Source: Mobula hypostoma
Lineage: Eukaryota
NCBI RefSeq assembly: GCF_963921235.1
Contig: NC_086110.1
Span: forward strand, 13,640,001-13,704,000
Reading direction: 5' to 3'
DNA: 64,000 nt
Below, in pieces: positions 11,826 through 23,460 of the stretch (the stretch's first letter is position 1; every line of letters begins with the position of its first letter). A program made the translations under genes and the position numbers. The notes below the pieces were generated by a model. It had not been told where the DNA came from. It was given only the letters and a program-made list of their open reading frames with translations, and did not search any database.

Positions 11826-12724
11826 GGATCGGTGCTGGCTACGTTGATACTTCTTAATTAATTTTTTATGACAATGGATTAAACTGATTCAGAATTTTTT
11901 TCAGATCTGCACAGTGGGTAACGAATGCAGACAGCTGTAAAATGGGCTGTAAAATGACAGCTGGAATTCATTCGCTTTCGAATTCCATTCGTGCTCAGCT
12001 CTCTACCCTTTACATTATAACCCTATCAAAATTGATCTCGATATTACGATTACTATTTCTCTCCCTATTTTGAATGGGAAAAGAGGTATAGGTATTCAGA
12101 AATTTTGCAAAGCACATTTGAATTGATAATTTGCAGCGCGTGCGACAAATAGGTGCATTATATTGCTATTAATTCTTTTGGATCTGGGTGAGTTTGTAAC
12201 CTTGACATATCCTATAAGAGAGTTGATAAAATTGTTCATGATTTGTATCCTGTGTGATGGGAAATCGAGCTTTCCAACTACAGCCACTCACATTAGTAAC
12301 AATATTATTTCAACATCTTGCCTGCAAAGCAAACATTACTTCACTTGAAAATTAATTCCTTGTTTTTGAAGCACCTTCTCGATAATAATGCTAAAATCGA
12401 AGGGCATCACTAACGTTGGACATTAGCTTTAAATAGGAGATTGCCGATCGATAGGTCTGCACTGACAGCAGTTGTAAGGAATACGATACAACAAACAGAA
12501 TCAGCGTTATTTCTCGTCCAGCTGACCCTGCCTAAAATGTGATTATTTTATTCTGTTCTTTTTAACTCTACAATTGCAGCTTGTAGAATGGGGTTTCCTT
12601 TGACGAGTGAAACAAATCCACTCTCGCTTTTTGTTTTATCAAATAGTAACATTACATATTAATCTCATCATGAGCTTTAATTTAAATTGCACAAAAGCGA
12701 AAATCTCCTCGCAGCCGCACTAAC

Positions 12725-13030
12725 CGAACACAGTGAGCTTGGAGCCAGTTCCATTCCAGAAAGATTGTTCCCGATACTTTGCTCCACAGTAGTAAATTCC
12801 GGAATCGGCGAATTTCACATCCAGAAGAACAAGCGTTCCTCTTGTCTTTTCGAGACTAAATTGTTTTCTGCTGTCACTTTCTAAAAATGCATTCTCGCCT
12901 TCCCTCCACCAAAGAAAGCTAACAGTATCTTTTGATATTTGAGTATTGCAGTGCAAGGTAACATTCGTCCCGCCCGGAACGTCCAAGTCCGTAGGGAATT
13001 GATATACTCTGAACGCAGGCACTTCGACTA
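12725..13030 (-). CDS. Ig V-set exon with germline-joined J-like G strand
   Basis: VEVPAFRVYQFPTDLDVPGGTNVTLHC...FLWWREG...LVLLDVKFADSGIYYCGAKYREQSFWNGTGSKLTVF; acceptor tttatttttccggcag, donor G|gttagt; 306 nt, phase 1-1. Confidence 0.93.
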
Positions 13031-13239
13031 CTGCCGGAAAAATAAACAAGAGCATTAATAACAGCTACACACAGGGAATAAATAAGAACCTAAAGACGTG
13101 CTGGATATTACTGGATAACAAAGAGACAAAGACGACTGAATTGCTCAACCGCTGAAACTAGGTATGCAGCGCGAACCCAGGTTTAAATTTTTTTAAATAA
13201 AATACTCAGTTCAGAAACGGAACATTTAACTTAGCATAC

Positions 13240-13267
13240 ATAGACAAGTAATAGCCAGGAGCGCCAT
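13240..13267 (-). CDS. Leader exon MALLAITCL
   Basis: ATGG start, donor T|gtatgc (phase 1); joined to the V exon gives a signal-peptide-like MALLAITCLLVEVPA/FRVYQ. Confidence 0.7.
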
Positions 13268-13289
13268 GTACGAAACCGTAAATTTCTCT

Positions 13290-13415
13290 GACATATTACA
13301 GAAACCGAACCGAGCAATTTTGGGATACAAGTGATATTCTGAAGAGTTTGCGGAAGGAATAGAAATTCAAGAGTAAATATATGAACCGTGTAATCATGAC
13401 GTAGGATGACGCCTC
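13290..13415 (-). promoter_or_regulatory. Putative proximal promoter with IRF-, ETS- and CRE-like motifs
   Basis: GAAACCGAAC (13301-13310), GCGGAAGG (~13350), TGACGTA (13397) and TGACGC (13407) just upstream of the ATG; short motifs only. Confidence 0.3.
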
Positions 13416-13679
13416 AACAAGACAGAAGCAGGTGTTTCAAAGATCCTTATACTGGGCAGACAGGGCAGTGAGATCTCTTCCCTTTTCAATTGTTAAAGGA
13501 CTATCTAGTGCTTTCAAAATTGTGTTCAGATTTTGTGCACTATGTTGAGTTCAGGAATTATCCATTTCTTTATTTCGAACTAAATTCAAATCTGTTCTCT
13601 GCCAAGTAATTCCAGATGTGGAAATCCGCATTGTAGTCATAAATATCTAATAAAATTTGCGGTTTTGAATTGGGTGGGT

Positions 13680-14480
13680 AAGATGGCACTAGCGACCAAT
13701 GCGACTAACGGCAAATTCTTGCAAACGTCGACGATTTTTTTCTTCTTCTTTTCCTTCTTTTAAAAAGCATCTAAATGTTATTAATGTGTGCGCGATTGGA
13801 GCCTGTAATAAACAATTTGATAATGTGCCTTTAGGCCGACTGAGGGATCTGGCGCTTTTGGTCTCTCCGACTGGATTCGGCGTGTTTGAGAACGTAGTAT
13901 GCGGCTTACTAGCGGAAAGTGGATCCAATCGGCTCAGTTATTCCCACATCTCGTAATAAAAGCGTCGAGCAAGATTAAAAGTCAAGAAGGACAATAGCGC
14001 AAAGCGAACGAGTTTTCAAAGCATCTGCCCGCGTTTGACTTGTATCACTCTCCATCTCGGTTGCCCGAAGAAGATCATGGAGACTTGGATCATGGGCAAG
14101 ATTTGTAGATTGGAGTCATTTTCTGAGGTCTGTTAGTTCAGGTTATGTGTATTTTTGGTTACACCGTTTATATTGCTATTTAGCACGATTTTGATGGAGC
14201 ACTTCGACGCGAATTGGTCCTGCGGCCTGCAGCGAAATTTTACACCGAACTCAAAGACACTGAACGTTCCGAGAGTGTTTCAAGGACTCGGCTTTGATGT
14301 TTACTAGTCTGTGTGTTATTCGTTCCTTTTTGCCGTCTGCACGAACTGCTCTTTTATCCTCGTTGGTTTTTTGATATATTTTTTTTAAAGTTTCCATGAT
14401 GTTTATTTTTTTTTACCGGCTGCCTGCGGGAAAACAAATCTCAGGGTTGTATATTGCTTACATAATTGATAGCAAATGTA
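13680..14480 (+). mobile_element. Unclassified non-autonomous retroelement (SINE-like, LINE-type tail)
   Basis: 3' end aaacaaatctcagggttgtatat...acata resembles 48350-48555. Confidence 0.4.
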
Positions 14481-15719
14481 CGTTGATGTTCAATCGGACA
14501 AAAATAGTAACAACCTTCCTTCACTATTTATCTTCGTTGTGTTGTTCCGTTTCTATCATATACCATCGGTCAATTATCATCCCGCTGGTTGCAAACCGCA
14601 AACGCAAACCCCCACTTCACGTCCTCTACATTCTCTTGATTATATTTTAGCTCGTCTCCCTCTCTTGTTCGAACTCTAGCTGCTCCTGCAAAGACATTCT
14701 GGACCTCCAAACTGAAATTTGATAGCTATGAATTCTATTGTTCTTACAATCACCATTGCAGTAAGATTTGCAGAAAACGGGGAGGGCAGGTGCACTTTTA
14801 CGGCAAGAATGGCTTTAACGGTTTTTCTGTCCTGATAATTTCCTTTAGGGTTTGTTTATAAAAGTCCGACTGATGAATTACTGTTTAATAGCTGGAAAAA
14901 CAACCGAAAAGAAACTGATGGACGAGACTGGTTTGAACAGTAAGTACATTACCTCGGACACCGTCATTCACACGTCTCCGGTACAATGTGTGATTTTGGA
15001 TTCTGAGCATTCATGAAACTGCACAAGGGAAGCGACATATGGTCGAGGAGTAGGCCTGTTATTTCAGCAATTCTCATCTAATTTAAATACTTGATCATTT
15101 CGAGGCTACATACTTCTTATGAAATAAAAACTTAATACTAAATGTTACTTCATAAATTTATTCCACCGATGGATTTGTCGTTTTTTTTGTACCAAGTTGC
15201 CCCCATAGTACTCAGGTTCCTCGCTTGCTGCTCTGGCTAGTTCGCACGCAGAACTCGGCGAGAAGCAACAGCAAGTGTTGTCTCTGATGGAAAACTATAC
15301 CGGATGTCGGATGATAATCACAGAGAAGAGCGTGCTTAGAGTTGAAACTATACGTTATTCAGTTTAATGATTATGGTAACACAGAGATTTAGGAGGCATT
15401 GCGAGAAAATTTATAAAGCGAGCATGGAGGACACCTCAACTGATAGAATGCAGTTCCGAGGCTCCATTTTAAGTCCAATCAGCACGAGCGGAATTGTGGG
15501 TAATGCTGCTATTTCAAATATCTCTTAAATGTGCACAAAGTAAAAGATGCAGAATCAATCTGAGCTAATGTTTAACCAGGTACAGACAAAACAGGCATCG
15601 GAATGATAATCATTTGTCTGACTCGGCAGCGCATACACGCTTACCCGTTTCCAATATGAGAATACCGAATATTCTTCAAATCATCGTGGTTGGCGGTCAA
15701 ACTATACTGAATTTCTCGC

Positions 15720-16295
15720 GAAAGTAGTAAAGACTCTGATTATCATGCCGATCACCGCCCTATTTTGAGTTGTTATGCGTCTGGAATTGCCACGATTTGG
15801 CGGGGACGTTGCGCTGTTTTCATTGACACGTTATCGCCATCATTGAATTGCATCTCCTGCCCTGTCAGAAATGAAATCTTTTATGTGTATCGAGCGTGAG
15901 GTTGTTCACAGTAACACGCATTTAGTCCATTGGATCCCACTGGACGTAATTAAGTTCGGGTTGTTGAGGAGTTTGTCGAGTAGAGGATAAATCAATGCTC
16001 AGCTTCCATGTGCTTCCTACGTTCAGAGTCAATATTCTGATTTCCATGCCAATCACCACACCATTTTACCCAGTTATGTATTGGGAATTTCCACGACTCG
16101 TTTGGGATGTTATGCTACTTTCATGGACACATTGTCGCCATCATTGAATTCCATCTGATGTCCTCTCAGAATTGAAATCGATTGCAGAAACACATATTTT
16201 GTCCATTGGTACAGCTGGATGTAATTGAGGTGGGGAAGTTGAGGAGGCTGGCCGGATGAGGACACCGACTTAGTTAATTTTACCCTGCTGTTGAT
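15720..16295 (-). repeat. Diverged ~300-bp tandem duplication containing ITIM-like LNYIQL / LNYVQW
   Basis: Anchors ccacga 15790/16091 and gtccattgg 15926/16201; roughly 75% identity by eye; strong acceptor before 16295. Confidence 0.75.
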
Positions 16296-16379
16296 CTGGA
16301 TGATGTGTAAGGGGGGAAAAAAACTAATAAGAGACAGTTCAATATTACCTTTCAAGTGATTTCAGATGCCTAACACAGA

Positions 16380-18410
16380 AATGCGACTGCGGTTTAAAAC
16401 ACCGCTTCCAGTAGGTAAGTTTTCAGCCGAGACGCGGTGGGGGTGGGGAGGGTTGGGGGACTGGTCTTCATCTTCAGATATTCCTTTTTTCGACACATAA
16501 ATACCAAAGGTGACAGGACTGTGATTAATTTCCCATGAACCACCGTCTGTTCACTATTGGTCGATTCTTCATGGCGTGTAGGAATTGAACAGTAACTTGG
16601 ATAGATCACTAATCATTTAAAAATAAGCTGGCTGAAAAAAAAATAACCTGGTTTGAGCACTTGTGAGATTGTCGTGGTTGCTGTTAGGTGACAATTAATT
16701 AAGACGGCACATGCATCATTAATTGTAAATGCTTTGGAAATAGTCCCTGTATCTCTTGAGTTTAGCTTGCATATATATTGTTCATTGTTAACTGGCCTGG
16801 AAAAGCACAGGACAGTATAAGAAAAAATGTGTTTTTTAAGTATTTAATTTATCAGTTTATTAATTCAAATGCTTGAATATTTCTGATAATGTCAGAAAAA
16901 TCAAGAGATTTCCAACTGTTAAGCACAGCTCTGGCTATGTCTACGGGCTGACTGTGCATCTAGATTTGTAATTTATGAGACACTTCTGTCCACTTCACGA
17001 CGAAATCCATTGTAACGTCGCGCCTTTAAATGTCTTTACCTTCATTGGAAACATAATCCCAAATGTTCTCAACAAAATCTTTCTATAAGTGAACAGAACA
17101 GGAAGAGGCCACTGACCCACAATGCTGCGCCAAACCAGCTAAAAAGCAAATCAAAACACACAAACACTAATCACATCCACCTGACCCATGTTAATCCTTA
17201 CATCCATATGCCTATCCAAATGACTGTTGAAATCCTCTATTGTCCTTGCCGCTAGGACCATACCAGGCATCCACAACTCTGTAAGTAAAAGACTTTCCCC
17301 CTTTGAACCTGCCCCCTGTCACTGTCAATGTTTGTCCTCTGGTATTAGACATTTCAACTCTGGGTAACAGATGCTCTCTGTACACTTTATCTATGCCTCT
17401 CATAACCTTGTAAATCTCTATTAGATCTCCCTTCAGCATGCAACGCGCCAAAGAAAACGACCCAAGTTTATGCTGCTTCTCGTGATAGCATAAATATTTC
17501 AACTGAATTTTCATTATTATTTTGGTAAAATAATAGGGTGCTGTGTTGGAGTACTCTGACTGCAAAATTAAAGCTATTGTTTTATACTCTTGGGCCAGGT
17601 GACGGGAATATCCCAGAACGCTAGGCTCCATCGTCTGAGAGAGAAATCGTGATACCACTTCCTTGATAGTTTTCCCCTCTTCAGAGAACGTTCCTGACGG
17701 GCCTAGGATTTCCAGAGTTTTCTGCTTAATTTCGGCTTACAAACATCGGCAGTGCTATTTAACGTTATTACCCTTCTTTTCATGAACGATCTAACTAGAT
17801 ATAAGTTGAACACATGAAGGCATGACCTTCCTCCCACTTTCATTCGTCTTTAAATGCATCGTGGAAATATTTTGGTTAAAAGACAGCTCTCGACATTGTC
17901 TCATCATGCTATTTGTCAACCTGCTCCTTACCCCATTAACACTGCTTTTAATATAAAATGGACGAGTACAGCACAGGATTATGACCTTCGCCAAATCAAA
18001 CTAAATGCTTGCTAGCTGCGTATGATCTGCAACTCTCAAGTCACTGCACGTTTGTGTCTCTATCCAAAAGCCTCTTTATTACAATATCTTCTTCTGATTT
18101 CATTTTCTTTAATGTACAAGGAGTTTTGTTCCATTCCTGAGGGTAAGGTCGCTCTAATTCCCGGCGCTCCTGCATTTCATGCGAATTGAAGTCTTTGTAA
18201 CAATTTGACACGTTTTTCTGCGCGTCCGTAGAAAAAAAATCATTCCGGTTAAGTGAAGGGACAGGACTTTCAAATAATTGTCAAATGTATTTTTCCAACT
18301 CGTCTTAGTCTGGAACACCTTAAAGTCATCAATTAACAATCTAATACTCAGTGACCCGAAACGGATATTATTTCATGTAATTACGAAATCTGACATGATT
18401 TACACCACCA
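16380..18410. repeat. Old segmental duplication, copy A (paralog ~29740-31600)
   Basis: Collinear unique sequence plus the same truncated CR1 3' end and Penelope remnant at matching junctions. Confidence 0.8.
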
Positions 18411-18461
18411 TCACTTTGGAAAGATATTGTCTAATACACATAAAAGTTATACCGACATCCT

Positions 18462-20813
18462 ATATAACCATATAACTATATAACAATTACAGCACGGAAG
18501 CAGGCTATCTCGGCCCTTCTAGTCCGTGCCGAACTCTTACCTAATCCAACCGACCTGCATTCAGCCCAAAACCCTCTATTCCTTTCCTGGCCATAAAGCT
18601 GTCCAATCTAACTTTAAACGACAGCATCGAACCTGCATCAACCACTTCTGCTGAAGCTCATTCCACACAACTACGACTCTCTGAGTAAGAAGTTTCCCCT
18701 CATGTTACTTCTAAACTTTTGCCCTTTAACTCTCAACTCATGTCCACTTGTTTGTATCTCCCCCACTCTCCACGTCAACTCTATCTATCCCACTCATAAT
18801 TTTAAATACCTCTATCAAGCCCCCCTCAACTTTCTGCGTTCCAAAGAATAAAGACCCAACTTTTTCAACCTTTTTCTGTAACTTAGATAATGAAACCCAG
18901 GTAACATTCTAGTAAATCTTCTCTGTACTCTTTCTATTTTGTTGACATCTTTCCTGTAATTCGGTGACCAAAACGGTACACAATACTCAAAATCTGGCCT
19001 CACCAATGCCTTGTACAATTTCAACCTTACATCCCAACTCCTATACTCAATGCTCTGATTTATAAAGGCCAACATATCAAAAGCTTTCTTCACCACCCTT
19101 TCCACCTTCAATGAATTATGCACCATTATTCCTAGATCCCTCTGTTATAATGCATTCTTCAATGCCCTAGCATTTACCATGTATGTCCTATTTTGATTAG
19201 TCCTACCAAAATGTTTCACCTCACATTTATCAGCATTAAACTCCATCTTTCACCCCACTCTTCTAACGGGCCTAAATCTCTATGCACCCTTTAAAAACCT
19301 GCTTCATTATTCACAACTCCACCCATCTAAGTATCATGTACATACTTACTCATCCAATTTACCACCCAATCATCCAGATCATTAATGTATACGACAAATA
19401 ACATTGGACCCAGGACAGATCCCTGAGGCACCCCACTAGACACTGGCCACCAATCTGACAAACAGTTATCCACCACCACTCTCTGGCGTCACCCATCCAG
19501 CCACTGCTGAATCTATTTTACTACTTCAATGTTAATACCTAACGATTGAACCTTCCTAACCAGCCTTCCGTGTGGGAACTTGTCAAAGGCCTTACTGAAA
19601 TCCATATAGACAACATCCACCGCTTTACCCTCGTCAACTTTCCCAGCATCCTCGTCAAAAAATTCAATAAGATTTGTCAAACATGACCTTCCATGCACAA
19701 ATCCATGTTGATTGTTTCTAATCAGACCCCGTCTATCCAGATAATTATATATACCATATCTAAGAATACTTTCCAACAATTTACCCACCACTAACGTCAA
19801 ACTCACAGGCGGATAATTGCCAGGTATACTCTTAGAACCCTTTTTAAACAATGGATCAACATGAGCAATACTCCAATTCTCCGGCACCATCCCCGATTCT
19901 AATGACATTTGAAATATTTCTGTCAGAGCCCCTGCTATTTCCACAATAACTTCCTTCAATTTCCCAGGGAATATCCTGTCAGGACCCGGAGAATTATCCA
20001 CGTTTATATTCCTTAAAAGCTCCAGTACTTCCTCTTCTTTAAAAATCATAGTTTCCATAATTCCCTACCTGTTTCCCTTATCTTACACAATTCAATGTCC
20101 TTCTCCTCAGTGAATACGGAAGAGAAGAATTTGTTCAGAATTTCCCTATCTCCTTTGGCTCAACACATAACTGTCCACCCTGATTCTCTAAGGGACCAAT
20201 TCTATCCCTCACTATCCCTTTGCTAATAATATAACGGTAGAAACCCTTGGGATTTATTTTCACCTTACTTTCCAAAGCAACCTCATATCTTCTTTTAGCT
20301 TTTCTAATTTTATTTCTTAAGATTCTTTTTACCTTCTTTATATTCCTCGAGAACCTCATTTACTCCATGCTGCCTATATTTATTGTAGATATCTCTCTTT
20401 TACCGAACCAATCTTCCAATATCCCTTGAAAATGGTGGCTCTCTCAAACTTTTAATCTTTCCTTTCAACCTAACAGGAACATAAAGATTCTGTACTCTCA
20501 AAATTTCACCTTTAAATGACCTCCATTTCTTTATTACTTTCTACCCATAAAACAAATTGTCCCAATCCACTCCTTTAAAATCCTTTCACATCTCCTCACA
20601 GTTAGCCTTTCTCCAATCAAAAATCTCAACCCTGTGTCCAGACCTATGCTTCTCCATAATTATATTCAAACTAATAACATTGTGATCAGTGGACCCGATG
20701 TGCTCCCCAACACAAACCTCCTTCACCTGACCAATCTCACTCCCTAGCAGCAGATCCAACACTACCCCTTCTCTCGTTGGTACCTCTATGTATTGCTGCA
20801 AAAAACTATCCTG
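18462..20813 (-). mobile_element. CR1 LINE, 5'-truncated (endonuclease end, RT, 3' UTR)
   Basis: ORFs 18815-19126, 19513-20058 and 20586-20801 (YMDFSKAFDKFPHGRLVRK, HGFVHGRSCLTNLIEFF). Confidence 0.95.
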
Positions 20814-21020
20814 AGGGCTAACTTATCCGGATGAGAGAAAAAAAATTGCACTACCTTACTTTCCCTTTTCTATTTTATATTTGTGATTTATAATTTAAAT
20901 TTTTACTATTTACTATCGATTTGTAATCCAGAGAGCGCGAAGCGCCGAGTCAAATATCACTGTGATGATTGTACGCTCTAGTATAAATTGTTTGGCGACA
21001 ATAAAGTAAAGTAAAGTAAA
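20814..21020 (+). mobile_element. LINE-type 3' tail ending (taaag)n
   Basis: ggcgacaataaagtaaagtaaagtaaa; abuts the CR1 truncation point. Confidence 0.45.
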
Positions 21021-22054
21021 ATTATTGTCTATGTTTACATGTAGTTCCTTATTTAAGTAATCAGAAAGGAAAATGTGTTACCCCACTACCGTGATCAAGT
21101 TCACATTGCCTTTTAATTTGTGAAGTTATTTCTTCATCATTCAATTTTCTCAGAGAATGAGTCACACATGAATAGCAACTATTTAGCTATTCTTAAAAAC
21201 ATTGTTTCGTGTAGTTATCTCCATATTGAACATGACGTAGAATCAGGAAGCATAGACGCCGCTGCACAGCTTCAGGAACATTTAACTGACAGAAGCAGGC
21301 TTTCAAAAAAGAGTTATTTTTAACTTATTGTCCTTCTCTTAAACGCAAACGAGCAGTCTGCAAAATACGTGTTTCAGAGAGGCGCAATCATTGACCACAG
21401 ATCTTCCATGATGTCACAAGCAGATTCGCGCGTGCAGTTCTGTTCTCAGACGGTGTGTTAGTTCCCGTAAACGCAAATTATAATGACCTTCTTGGTAAAC
21501 TGATACTTAATTAAAACCTGCATTCCGACCAGCTTTTTATAGAAAACTTGCACAAGCTCGCAGGCAAACATTCGCATTTGCAAATTAAGAACAGGAAGTT
21601 AGCAGATATCTGCTTTGAGAGGATATGACAACTCATCGGAAAGGAACATAGTAATGTAATCTGATTGCATTTCAAATGGGCAGTGGAAATAGAAAAGGAA
21701 AATACCAAGGTACCCACGGATACACTCATTTAAATATTTTAATATGTTAAAGTAAATGCTTCGATTCATGACTCACGGATGTGGGGTTTGAATTTGGGTC
21801 TCCAGAAACAGAATTCCTTGCACATATTCATAACATTCCATATTCAATAGTCAGCAAGCTGAACCGTAACTCTATTTACTTATCTATTTTGTTAGGCCAC
21901 TTAATATTCATTGAATATGGAATTTTAATATCTGGTTCTTACTCTACCGTAATCCATAAAGCTCCTGATCTCCGCAGGTTTAAATGATCCGCGAGTTAAG
22001 TACGCCATTTGGAAGAACATTCATCTGCTGAGGCACATGGCGTGAAACGATGAT

Positions 22055-22268
22055 TGGGTTCCTAGATACAGATTATGGAGTGCTGGAATCTAACAAATAA
22101 AGGAGAGGGATAATGGGAGCCATTAGAGGAGAAGTGAAAGCCAGATGAAACCTTCCTTCAGTTAGTCCTGACGAAGGGTCTCGGCCTGAAACGTCGACTG
22201 CACCTCTTCCTAGAGCTGCTGCCTGGCCTGCTGCGTTCACCAGCAACTTTTACGTGTGTTGCTTGAAA
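22055..22268 (+). mobile_element. Penelope terminal repeat fragment
   Basis: Close match to 48200-48320. Confidence 0.85.
22164..22199 (+). ncRNA. Minimal type I hammerhead ribozyme motif
   Basis: AGTC-CTGACGA-AGG(gtctcgg)CCT-GAAA-C-GTC^-GACT: intact core, stem I AGTC/GACT, palindromic ACGT stem III. Confidence 0.75.
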
Positions 22269-23460
22269 CCAGGGGCAGATGGGGACGGGGAAGACTTTGT
22301 GTGAAATATATGTGTGGTGAATGGATGGAACTAGGAGGGGGCGATAACGAAAACGAGTACGTAGACACTGAGGTAAGAAAGTGTTAATAGCAATTAACCT
22401 ACAACAGCAAACACAGTGTGTAATTTCGTGGTTTGTAGAATATATAGGTGGAATATGAAGCTAGATATAAGCCACAAAATGCTAACCTTCATTGAAAAGG
22501 ACTTGGTGTATGACCAGAAAGACATGCTGCAGCATGATACAATGAATTGGTTTAGCACTTACAAACTATTTTGAATATTTTTTTGGAAGGAGTACAGCCA
22601 AGTCTCTCTAAATTGGGTCAAGCAAAATCTATGTAGCGAAGTGGAAGGTCGACTTTTCTGGACTAGACTCGATCAGGACTGAAAAGAAAGAGGAAAGTTA
22701 GTGTTAAAAGGTCACGAAAAAGCTGAGCAATAGTTGGAGATTAATAGGTGGATCCAGGTGAGGAGGTGACAGCCAGTAAAAGGGGCGAGATTTAGTGTGA
22801 TCCATGAGTCTGGTAGTCATAGATGGAAGCAACAAAGACTGAAGAAGTCAGACGACTTCAGCAGTGAAGAATTCCATTTTTTTACACGCGTGAACTAACA
22901 GCTCTAGATCATGTGATATATTGCAGGTGTATCCCGCATTTAAACAAATTCCCCCGCGTCAGCGGCCCACTTACAAATATTTGGAATTTTATTTGCACGT
23001 ATACTCCAAGATTAGGAGCTTCGAATGGTAGAATGCACAATATTGACTACTCTAAGCAGTTTACAGAAGACCATAAAACTTCGTTTTTTTTCAGCTCTCT
23101 CCTAAATCGCTATGATCGTCATTTTTTTCTTCATTCGTTCCTCTGCATACTCACAAGTAACAGGGTAGCTTAACAGGACGAAGATCCTCCCCCTCGATCA
23201 TGGCCGATGCAGTCACATTCTCAGGCGACACTTTCTTTTTCATCTGATGTTCATATCGGTATTGTGAAATTCCTCCATTACTTTGTGTGTATTGCTTTGA
23301 TTTCCAGCATCTGCAGAATTTCTCTTGTTCATATCGGTATTAGTCAGCTTTACCTTGCTTTCGAAAAATCTCCAGCGAATTATTGTTATGAGTTTGGTCT
23401 TGTAAGTTAACAGGCTGGATCAATGAAGAAAATTTTTTCTTTAAATTATTACTTACGATA

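Larger units (their letters stand above)
3643..13267 (-). other. Gene: non-rearranging VJ-C1-TM-ITIM/ITSM Ig-superfamily receptor (NKp30-like V, SIRP-like tail), 8 exons, ~350 aa
   Basis: Exons 13267-13240, 13030-12725, 10121-9828, 8575-8477, 7835-7788, 7594-7560, 5953-5843 and 3774-3643 join in frame (1053 nt) with GT-AG sites and no internal stop. Confidence 0.85.

Noticed and set aside
12729-12735. CACAGTG heptamer at the end of the V exon as an RSS
   Set aside because: It is the reverse complement of the Leu-Thr-Val codons; no nonamer at 12 or 23 bp spacing
9828-13030. Naming the gene NCR3, SIRPA, or a TCR/Ig light chain
   Set aside because: Architecture matches none: one V plus one C1 plus TM plus ITIM/ITSM tail, no RSS; orthology needs a phylogeny
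15773-16160. FNDGDNVSMK block as a repeated ~100-aa protein domain
   Set aside because: Locally synonymous, but the wider alignment shows no codon-position bias and has frameshifts; no family recognised
21576-21598. Ig-type octamer plus ETS promoter (ATTTGCAA...CAGGAAG)
   Set aside because: Imperfect octamer, with no leader or V exon at a suitable distance
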